A program made the translations under genes and the position numbers. Of a stretch of DNA of 64,000 bases, positions 53,541 to 64,000 are shown one piece after another. The stretch comes from Eledone cirrhosa (taxonomy: Eukaryota). The notes under the pieces were generated by a model. That model saw only the letters and a program-made list of their open reading frames with translations, made no database searches and was not told where the DNA came from. The stretch covers positions 133,486,001 through 133,550,000 of the forward strand of contig OZ024742.1 in assembly GCA_964016885.1 (NCBI GenBank), given 5' to 3'. How positions within the stretch are numbered: position 1 is the stretch's first letter; every line of letters starts with the position of its first letter.

Positions 53541-56500
53541 CCGTTTTTTATTTGGGGGGTCCATTTTTTATATGGGTGCCCCGTTTTTTTATGGGGGGGT
53601 CCATTTTTTATTTGAGTGCCCCGTTTTATTATGGAGAGGGGTGGTTTTTTTATTTGGGAGCCCCGTTTTTTATGGGGGGTTCGTTTATTATTTTTGTGCC
53701 CCGTTTTTTTAATTGGGTGCCCCGTTTTTTTTATTTGGGTGCCCCATTTTTTTATTTGGGTGCGCCGTATTTTTATGGGGGGGGGAGTCCGTTTTTTATT
53801 TGGGTGCCCCGTTTTTTATGGGGTGGTCTGTTTTTTATTTGGGTGCCCCGTTTTTCATGTGGGGGATCCGTTTTTTATTTGGGTGCCCCGTTTTTTATTT
53901 GGGGGCCCCGTTTTTTTATGGGGGGGTCAATTTTTTATTTGGGTGCCCCGTTATTTTATTTCGGTAACGCGTTTTTTATGGGGGGGGGGGCGTTTTTATT
54001 TGGTTGCCCCGTTCTTTTATTTGGGTGCCCCGTTTTTTATTTGGGTGCCCCGTTTTTTTATGGGGGTGGTCCGTTTTTTATTTGGCTGCCCGGTTTTTTT
54101 ATTTGGGTGACTCGTTTTTTATTTGGGCGCCTCGTTTCTTTATTTGGGTGCTCCGTTTTTTTATTTGAGTGCCCCGTTTTTTATTTGAGTGCCCGGTTTT
54201 TTTATTTGGGTGCCCTGTTTTGTTATGGGAGGGCCGTTTTTTATTTGGGTGCCCCGTTTTTTTATTTGGGTGCCCTGTTATTTTATGGGGGTGTCCATTT
54301 TTTATTTGGGTGGCCCGTTTTTTTATGGGAGGTCCGTTTTTTATGGGAGAGTCCGTTTTTTATTTGGGTGCCCCGTTTTTTTATTTGGGTGCCCCGTTTT
54401 TTTTATTTGGGGGGGTCCGTTTTTTATTTGGGTGCCCCGTTTTTTTTATTTGGCGGGTTCCGGTTTTTATTTGGGTGCCCCTTTTTTTATGGGGGTGCCC
54501 CATATTTTTATTTGGGAGCCCCGTTTTTTATGGGGGGTCCGTTTTTTATTTGGGTGCACCGTTATTTTATTTGGGTGCCCCGTTTTTTATTTGCGTGCCC
54601 CATGTTTTGTTTGGGTGCCCCGCTTTTTATTTGGGTGCCCCGTTTTTTGTTTGGGTGCCCCGTTTTTTATTTGGGTGCCCCGTTCTTTTACGGGGGTCTG
54701 TTTTTTATTCCGGTGCTCCGTTTTTTATTTGGGTACCCCGTTTTTTTTATTTGGGTCCCCCGTTTTTTATTTGGGTCCCCCGTTTTTTATTTGCGTGACC
54801 CGTTTTTTTATTTGGATGCCCCGTTTATTAAGGGGTCTCCGTTTTTTATTTGGGTGCCCCGTTTTTTTACGGGGGGGTCTTTTTTTTAATTGGGTGCTCC
54901 GTTTTTTATTTGGGTGCCACGTTTTTTTATTTGGGTGCCCCGTTTTTTATTTGGGTGCCCCGTTTTTTATTTGTGTGCCCCGTTTTTTTATGGGGGTGTA
55001 AGTTTTTTATTTGGGTGTCCCGTTTTTTATTTGTGTGCACCGCTTTTTTATTTGGGTGCCCCGTTCTTTTATGGGGTGTCCGTTTTTTATTTGGATGCAC
55101 CGTTTTATTATGGGGGTCCGTTTTTTATTTGGGTGCCCCGTTTTTTATTTGGGTGTCCCGTTTTTTATTTGGGTGCCCCGTTTTTTTATGAGTGTGTCCG
55201 TTTTTTTTATTTGGGCGTCCCGTTTTTATTTGGGTGCCCCGTTGTTTTATGAGGGGAGCCGTTTTTTTATTTTGGTGCCCCGTTTTTTATGAGGGGGGAT
55301 CCGTCTTTTATTTGGGTGCCCCGTTTTTTAATTGGGTGCTCGGTTTTTTATTTGGGTGCCCCGTTTTTTTATTTGGGTGCCCCGGTGGTCTATGGGGGGT
55401 GTCCGTTTTTTTATTTGGGTGCCTAGTTTTGTTATGAGGGGGTCCGTTTTTTATTTGGGTGCCCTGTTTTTTTATTTGGGTGCCTCGTTTTATATTTGGG
55501 TGCCCCGTTTTTTTATGAGGGGGGATCCGTCTTTTATTTGGGTGCCCCGTTTTTTATTTGGGTGCCCCGTTTTTTATTTGGGTGCCCCGTTTTTTTTATT
55601 TGGGTGCCCCGCTTTTTTATGGGGAGTCCGTTTTTTATTTGGGTGCTCCGTTTTATTATTTGGGTGCCCCGTTCTTTATGGATGTGTCCGTTTTTCATTT
55701 GGGTGTCCCTTTTTTTTATTTGGGTGCCCCGCTTTTTTATGGGGCGTCCATTTTTTATTTTGGTGACCCGTTTTTTTATTTCGTTGCCCCGTTTTATTAT
55801 TTGGGTGCCCGTTTTTTATGGGGCGGTCCGGTTTTTATTCGGGTGCCTCGTTTTTTATCTGGGAGCCCCGTTTTATTATTTGGGTGCCCCGTTTTTTATG
55901 GGGGGGTCCGTTTTTTTTTGGGGGGGGTCCGTTTTTTATTTGGGTGGCCCGTTTTTTTATGGGGGGATCCGTTTTTCATTTGGCTGACCCGTTTTTTATT
56001 TGGGTGCCCCGTTGGTCTATGGGGGGTGTCCGTTTTTTATTTGGGTGCCCCGTTTTTTATGGGGGTCCGTTTTTTATTTGGGTGCCCCGTTTTTTTATGG
56101 AGGGTCCGTTTTTTTATTTGGGTGCCCCGTTTTTTTATTTGGGAGCACCGGTTTTTTATTTGGGTTACCCGTATTTTATTTGGGTGCCCCGTTTTTTTAT
56201 GGGGGTCTCTGATTTTTATTTGGTTGCCCCGTTATTTTTAGGGGGGGATCCGTTTTTTATTTGTGTGCCCCGGTGATCTATGGGGGGTGTCCTTTTTTTA
56301 TTTGGGTGCCCCGTTTTTTATGGAGGGTCCGTTTTTATTTGGGTGCCCCGTTTTTTTATTTGGGATCCCCGGTTTATTATATGGGTGCCACGTTTTTTTA
56401 TTTGGGTGCCCATTGTTTATTTGGGAGCCCCGTTGTTTTATGAGGGGATCCCTTTTTTATTTGGGTGCCCCGTTTTTTTATTTGAGTGCCCCGTTGGTCT

Positions 56501-59500
56501 ATGGGGTGTCCGTTTTTTATTTGGGTGCCCCGTTTTTTATGGGGGTCCGTTTTTTATTTGGGTGCCCCGTTTTTTTATGGGGTGTCCTTTTTTTATTTGC
56601 GTACCCCATTTTTTATTTGGGTACCCCGTTGGTCTATGGGGGGTGTCCGTTTTTTATTTGGGTGCCCAGTATTTTTATGGGGGTGTCCCTTTTTTATTTG
56701 GATGACCCGTTTTTTATTTGTCCCGTTTTTATCAAGTTTTTTAAGTGGGGTCCGTTTTTTATCTGGGTGCCCCGTTTTTTTTATTTGGGTGCCCCGTTTC
56801 TTTATGGGGGGGTGCGTTTTTTTTTTGGTGCCCCGTTGCTTTATGAGGGGATTCGATTTTTATGTGGGTGCTCCGTTTTTTTATGGGGGATGTCCGTTTT
56901 TTATTTGGGTGCCCGTTTTGTTATGGGGGGGGGGGCCGATTTTTATTTGGGTGCCCCGTTTTTATATTTGTGTGCCCCGTTTTTTTATGGGGGGTTTCGT
57001 TTTTTATATGGGTACCCCGTTTTTTTATGGTGGTCCGTTTTCTCTTTGGGTGCCACGTTTTTTTATGGGGTGTCCGTTTTTTATTTGGGTGACCCGTATT
57101 TATGGGGTGGTCCGTTTTATATTTGGGTGCCCCGTTTTTTATTTGGGTGCCCCTTTTTTTATTTGGGTGCCCCGTTTTATTATGGGGGTACGTTTTTTTT
57201 CGGGTACCCCGTTTTTTTATGGGGGGGTGGTCCGTTTTTATCTGTATGCCCCGTTTTTTTATGGGGTTGTCGATTTTTTATTTGGGTGCCCCGTTTTTTT
57301 ATGGGGTTGTCGATTTTTTATTTGGGTGTCCCGTTGGTCAGTGGGGGGTGTCCGTTTTTTATTTGGGTGCCCCGTTTTTTATGGGGGTCCGTTTTTTATT
57401 TGGGTGCCCCGTTTTTTTATGGAGGGTCCGTTTTTTTGTGTGGGTGCCCCGTATTTTTATTTGGGAGCACCGGTTTTTTATTTGTGTGCCCCTTTCTTTT
57501 ATTTGGGTGTCAGTTTTTTATTTGGGTGACCCGTTTTTTATTGGGGGTCCGTTTTTCATTTGGGTGCCCCGTTTTTTTTATTTGGGAGCCCTGGTTTTTT
57601 ATTTGAGTGCCCCGTTCTTTTATGGGGTGTCCGTTTTTTATTTGGGTTACCCGTATTTTATTTGGGTGCCCCGTTTTTTTATGGGGGTCTCCGTTTTTTA
57701 TTTGGTTGCTCCGTTATTTTTAGGGGGGGGGTCCGTTTTTTATTTGGGTGCCCCATTTTTTATTTGGATGTCCCGTTTTTTATTTGGGTGCCCCGTTTTT
57801 TCATGAGGGTGTCCTTTTTTATTTGGGTGCCCCGATTTTTATTTGGGTGCCCACTCTTTTATTTGGGTGACCCGTTTATTTATTTGGGTGCCCCGGTGAT
57901 CTATGGGGGGGTGTCCTTTTTTTATTTGGGTGCCCCGTTTTTTATGGTGGGTCCGTTTTTATTTGGGTGCCCCGTTTTTTTATGGTGGGTCCGTTTTTAT
58001 TTGGGTGCCCCGTTTTATATTTGGGAGCCCCGGTTTTTTATTTGGGTGCCACGTTTTTTTATTTGGGTGCCCCATTGTTTATTTGGGAGTCCCGTTGTTT
58101 TATGAGGGGATCCGTTTTTTATTTGGGTGCCCCGTTTTTTTATTTGAGTGCCCCGTTGGTCTATGGGGGATCCGTTTTTTATTTGGGTGACCCGTTTTTT
58201 ATGTGGGGGTCCGTTTTTTATTTGGGTGCCCCGTTTTTTATTTGGGTGCCCCCTTTATAATTTGGGTGTCCCGTTTTTTTTATGAGGGGTCCCATTTTTT
58301 ATTTGGGTGCCCCGTTGGTCTATGGGGGTGTCTGTTTTTTATTTGGGTGCCCCGTTTTTTTATGGGGGTCCGTTTTTTATTTGGGTGCCCCGTTTTTTTA
58401 TGGGGGATACTTTTTTTATTTGCGTACCCCATTTTTTATTTGGGTGCCCCGTTGGTCTATGGGGGGTGTCCGTTTTTTATTTGGGTGCCCCGTATTTTTA
58501 TGGGGGTGTCCCTTTCTTATTTGGATGACCCGTTTTTTATTTGTCCCGTTTTTATCAAGTTTCTTAAGTGGGGTCCGTTTTTATCTGGGTGCCCCGTTTT
58601 TTTTATTTGGGTGCCACGTTTCTTTATGGGGTGGTCTGTTTTTCTTTTGGTGCCCCGTTGTTTTATGAGGGGATTCGATTTTTATGTGGGTGCTCCGTTT
58701 TTTTATGGGGGGTGTCCGTTTTTTATTTGGGTGCACATTTTGTTATGGGGGGGGCCGATTTTTATTTGGGTGCCCCGTTTTTTTATTTGTGTGCCCCGTT
58801 TTTTTATGGGGGTTTCGTTTTTTATATGGGTACCCCGTTTTTTTATGGGGGTCCGTTTTCTCTTTGGGTGCCACGTTTTTTTATGGGGTGTCCATTTTTT
58901 ATTTGCGTGACCCGTATTTATGGGGTGGTCCGTTTTACATTTGGGTGCCCCGTTTTTTATTTGGGTGCCCCTTTTTTTATTTGGGTGCCCCGTTTTATTA
59001 TGGGGGGTACGTTTTTTTTCGGGTACGCCGTTTTTTTATGGGGGGGGTCCGTTTTTTTATTTGTATGCCCCGTTTTTTTTATGGGGTTGTCGATTTTTTA
59101 TTTGGGTGCCTCGTTTTTTACTTGGGTGCCCCGTTTTTTATGAGGGTTTACGACGTTTTTATTTGCGTGTCCCGTTTTTTATTTGGGTGCCCCGTTTTTG
59201 GGGGGGGTGCCCCGTTTTTTATGAGGGTGTCCGTTCTCTATTTGGGTGTCCCGTTTTTTGTTTGGGTGACCCGTTTTTTATGGGGGGGGGGTCCGTTTTT
59301 TATTTCGGTGCCCCGTTTTTTTCATGGGGGGATCCGTTTTTTATTCGTGTGCCCAGGTTTTTTATTTGGGTGCCCTGTTTTTTTATGGGGGGATCCGTTT
59401 TTTATTTGGGTGCCCCGTTTTTTATTTGGGTGCCCCGTTTTTTTATGGGGGGGTTTCGTTTTTCATATGGGTAACCCGTTTTTTTATGGGGGTCCGTTTT

Positions 59501-62500
59501 CTATTTGGGTGCTCCGTTTCTTTTATTTGGGAGCCCCGTTTTTTATTTGGGTGCCACGTTTTTTTTATGGGGTGTCCGTTTTTTATTTGGGTGACCCGTA
59601 TTTATGGGGTGGTCCGTTTTTTATTTGGGTGCGCCGTCATTTATTTGGGTGCCTCTTTTTTTATTTGGGTGCCCCGTTTTATTATGGGTAGTACGTTTTT
59701 TTTCGGGTACACCGTTTTTTATGGGGGGATCCGTTGTTTATTTGGGTGCCCCGTTTTCTATTTGGGTGCCCCGTTGTTTTATGAGGGTATTCGATTTTTA
59801 TTTGGGTACCCGTGTTGTTATGGGGTGGTCCGATTTTTATTTCGGAGCGCCGTTTTTTTATTTGTGTGCCCCGTTTTTTTATGGGGGGGTTTCGTTTTTT
59901 ATATGGGTACCCCGTTTTTTTATGGGGGTCCGTTTTCTATTTGTGTGCCCCGTTTTTTTTTATTTGGGGGCCCCGTTTTTTATTTGGGTGCCACGTTCTT
60001 TTTATGGGGTGTCCGTTTTTTATTTGGGTGACCCGTATTTATGGGGTGGTCCGTTTTTTATTTGGGTGCGCCGTCTTTTATTTGGGTGCCTCTTTTTTTA
60101 TTTGGGTGCCCCGTTTTATTATGGCTAGTACAACTTTTGGGGGGTACACCGTTTTTTTATGGGGGGATCCGTTGTTTATTTGGGTGCCCCGTTTTTTATT
60201 TGGGTGTCCCGTTTTTTTATGGGGGGATCCGTTTTTTATTTGGGTGCCCCGGTTTTTATTTGGGTGCCCTGTTTTTTTATTTGGGTGCCCCTTTTTTTAT
60301 TTGGGTGCCCCGTTTTTTTATGAGGGGTCCTTTTTTTATTTGGGTACCCCATTTAATATTTGGGTGCCCCGTTTTTTATGGGGGGATCCGTTGTTTATTT
60401 GGGTGCCCCGTTTTTTATTTGGGTGCCCCGTTGTTCTATGGGGGGTCCGTTTTTTATTTGGGTGACCCGTTTTCTATAGGGGGGTCCTTTTTTTATTTGT
60501 GTGCCCAGGCTTTTTATGAGGGGTCCTTCTTTTATTTGGAGGCCCTATTTTTTATTTGGGTGTCCCGTTGGTCTACGGGGGGTGTCCGTTTTTTATTTGG
60601 GTGCCCCGTTTTTTATCTGGGTGCCCCGTATTTTTTATTTGGGTGTCCGGTTTTTTATCTGGGTGCCCCGTTATTTTATGAGGGGATTCGATTTTTATTT
60701 GGGTGCTCAGTTTTTGTATGGGGTGTCCGTTTTTTATTTGGGTGTCCCGTTTTTTATTTGGGTCCTCCGTTTTTTAATTTGGGTGCCCCGTTTTTTATAT
60801 GGGTACCCCGTTTTTTTATTGGGGTGTCCGTTTTTATTTGAGTGCCCCGTTTTTTATTTGGGTATCCCGTTCTTTATGAGGGTGTCCGTTTTTTATTTGG
60901 GTGCCCCGTTTTTTTATGAGGGGTCCCCTTTTTATTTGGGTGCCCCGTTGGTCTATGGAGGGTTTTTTATTTGGGTGCCCGGTTTTTTTAAGGGGGGTCC
61001 GTTTTTTATTTAGTTGCCCCGTTATTTCATTTGGGTGCCCCGTTTTTTATGGGGGGGGGGTGAGTTTTTAATTTGAGTGACCCGTTTTTGGGGGGAGGTC
61101 CGCTTTTTATTTGGGTGCGCCGTCATTTATTTGGGTGCCTCTTTTTTTATTTGGGTGCCCCGTTTTATTATGGGTAGTACGTTTTTTTTTCGGGTACACC
61201 GTTTTTTTATTGGGGGATCCGTTGTTTATTTGGGTGCCCCGTTCTTTATTTGGGTGCCCCGTTGGTCTATGGGGGGTCTGTTTTTTATTTGGGTGCCCCG
61301 TTTTTTATGAGGGTGTCCCGTCTTTTGTTTGGGTGACCCGTTTTTTATGGGGGGGTCCGTTTTTTATTTCGGTGCCCCGTTTTTTTCATGGGGGGATCCG
61401 TTTTTTATTTGGGTGCCCTGTTTTTTATTTGGGTGCCCTGTTTTTTTATGGGGGGATCCGTTTTTTATTTGGGTGCCCCGTTTTTTTATGGGGGGTTTCA
61501 TTTTTCATATGGGTAACCCGTTTTTTTATGGGGGTCCGTTTTCTATTTGAGTGCTCCGTTTCTTTTATTTGGGAGCCCCGTTTTTTATTTGGGTGCCACG
61601 TTTTTTTTATGGGGTGTCCGTTTTTTATTTGGGTGACCCGTATTTATAGGGTGGTCCGTTTTTTATTTGGGTGCGCCGTCATTTATTTGGGTGCCTCTTT
61701 TTTTATTTGGGCGCCCCGTTTTATTATGGGTAGTACGTTTTTTTTCGGGTACACCGTTTTTTTATGGGGTGATCCGTTGTTTATTTGGGTGCCCCGTTTT
61801 TTATGAGGGTGTCCGTTTTTTATTTGGGTGTCCCGTTTTTTGTTTGGGTGACCCGTTTTTTTATGAGGGGTCCTTTTTTTATTTGGGTGTCCCGTTTTTT
61901 GTTTGGGTGACCCGTTTTTTTATGAGGGGTCCTTTTTTTATTTGGGTACCCCATTTAATATTTGGGTGCCCCGTATTTTTATGGGGGTTCCGTTGTTTAT
62001 TTGGGTGCCCCGTATTTTTATGGGGGGTTTCGTTTTTCATATGGGTAGCCCGTTTTTTTATGGGGGTCCGTTTTCTATTTGGGTGCTCCGTTTCATTTAT
62101 TTGGGAGCCCCGTTTTTTATTTGGGTGCCACGTTTTTTTTATGGGGTGTCCGTTTTTTATTTGGGTGACCCGTATTTATGGGGTGGTCCGTTTTTTTATT
62201 TGGGTGCGCCGTCATTTATTTGGGTGCCTCTTTTTTTATTTGGGTGCCCCGTTTTATTATGGGTAGTACGTTTTTTTTCGGGTACACCGTTATTTATGGG
62301 GGGATCCGTTGTTTATTTGGGTGCCTCGTTTTTTATTTGGGTGCCCCGTTTTTTATGAGGGTGTACGTTTTTTATTTGGGTGTCCCGTTTTTCGTTTGGG
62401 TGACCCGTTTTTTTATGAGGGGTCCTTTTTTTATTTGGGTACCCCATTTAATATTTGGGTGCCCCGTTGTTCTATGGGGGGTCCGTTTTTTATTTGGGTG

Positions 62501-64000
62501 ACCCGTTTTCTATAGGGGGGTCCGTTTTTTATTTGTGTTCCCAGGTTTTTTATGAGGGGTCCTTTTTTTATTTGGGTGACCCGTATTTATGGAGTGGTCC
62601 GTTTTTTATTTGGGTGCGCCGTCATTTATTTGGGTGCCTCTTATTTTATTTGGGTGCCCCGTTTTATTATGGGTATTACGTTTTTTTATGGGGGGATCCG
62701 TTTTTCATTTGGGCGCCCCGTTTTTTTATTTGGGTGCCCCGTTTTTTATGAGGGTGCCCCGTTTTTTATGGGGGTGTCCGTTTTTTATTTGAGTGGCCCG
62801 TTTTTTATTTGGGTACCCCTTTCTTTATGAGGGTGTCCGTTTTTTATTTGGGTATCCCGTTTTTTATTTGGGTGTCCCGTTTTTTATATGGGTGACCCGT
62901 TTTCTATGGGGGGGGTCCGTTTTTTATTCGGGTGCCCAGGTTTTCTATGAGGGGTCCTTTTTTTATTTGGGGACCCCATTTTTTATTTGGGTGACCCGTT
63001 GGTCTATGGGGGGTGTCAGTTTTTTATTTGGGTGCCCCGTTTTTTTATCTGGGTACCCCGTATTTTTATTTGGGTGTCCGGTTTTTTATTTGGGTGCCCC
63101 GTTTCTTTATGGGGGGGGGTCCTTTTTTATCTGGGTGCCCCGTTATGTTATGAGGGGATTCGATTTTTATTTGGGTGCTCAGTTTTTTTATGGGGCGTCT
63201 GTTTTTTATTTGGGTGCCATTTTGTCATGGGGGTGTCCGATTTTTATTTAGGTGACCCGTTTTTATGGGGTGGTCTGTTTTTTATTTGGGTGCCCCGTTT
63301 TTTATGGGGGGTGCGTTTCTTTTCGGGTACCCCGTTTTTTTATGGCGGTGTCCGTTTTATATTTGGGGGGCCCGTTTTTTTATGGGGTTTTCGATTTTTT
63401 ATTTGGGTGCCCCGTTTTTTATTTGGGTGCCCCGTCTTTTAAGGGGGTCCGATTTTAATTTGGGTGCCCGGTTTTTTTATTTGGGAGCCCCGTTTATTAT
63501 GGGGGTGTCCGTTTTTTATTTGGGTGCCCCGTTCTTTATGAGGGTGTCCGTTTTTTATTTGGTTGTCCCGTTTTTTATTTGGGTGCCCCATTTTTTTATT
63601 TGGGTGCACCGGTGGTCTATGGGTGGTGTCCGTTCTTTGTTTGGGCGCCTCATTTTTTTATGGGGAGGTCCGTTTTTCATTTGGTCGTCCCGTTGTTTTA
63701 TTTGGGTGCCCCGTTTTTTATTTGGGTGCCCCGTGTTTTTATTTGGGTGCCCCGTTTTTTATTTGGGTGCCCCGTGTTTTTATTTGGGTGCCCCGTTTTT
63801 TATTTGGGTGCCCCGTTTTTTATTTGGGTGCCCCGTTTTTTATTTGGGTGCCCCGTATGAGGGTGTCCGTTTTTTATTTGGGTGTCTCGTTTTGTTATGG
63901 GGATGTCCGTTTTTTATTTGGGTGCCCTGTTTTTTTAATTTGGGTGCCCCATTTTTTATTTGGGTGCCTCGTTATTTTATTTGGGTGCCCCGTTTTTTAT
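53541..64000. repeat. Satellite array, ~18-21-bp monomer TTTGGGTGCCCCGTTTTTTA with variant TGGGGG(G)TCCGTTTTTTA; runs off the window
   Basis: Continuous for more than 10 kb; strongly G/T-rich plus strand; higher-order repeated variant strings. Confidence 0.98.

Noticed and set aside
53525-53545. CTAG at the satellite's left border as a Helitron terminus
   Set aside because: No subterminal hairpin and no matching 5' TC end identified.
53426-63860. Many long overlapping plus-strand ORFs (FFIWVPR / YLGAPFF / LFGCPV repeats)
   Set aside because: All three frames are open because the satellite monomer rarely contains stops; homopolymer length changes shift frame constantly, so there is no sign of coding constraint.
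53541-64000. CRISPR-like repeat-spacer appearance
   Set aside because: The intervening units are variants of the same monomer, not unique spacers; eukaryotic context and no cas genes.

Overview
Eukaryotic, AT-rich, repeat-dominated DNA with no host gene that I can support. The SINE family and the extreme (AT)n/(CA)n density suggest a cephalopod (Octopus-like) genome; this is inference. 1-53.5 kb is a retroelement graveyard: about 15 copies of a tRNA-derived SINE with a Deu/Nin-like core, a degenerate Ingi/I-group LINE (PHD fingers, APE, RT, RNase H, CCHC), three L1/Tx1-like LINE segments, Penelope-like (GIY-YIG) remnants, RTE and CRE (restriction-like endonuclease) fragments, piggyBac-type and pogo/Tigger-type MITEs, and many fold-back palindromes. 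53.5-64 kb is a strand-asymmetric ~20-bp satellite with higher-order structure; its long ORFs are artefacts. The most interesting signal is at the RNA level: five hammerhead-ribozyme motifs from four unrelated sequence families. These include a C3U/G8A covariant core and a pair of type I hammerheads in ~330-bp direct repeats with cleavage sites 489 nt apart, a retrozyme-like or Penelope pLTR-like arrangement that could yield a circular RNA. All alignments and folds were done by eye, and element boundaries are approximate.
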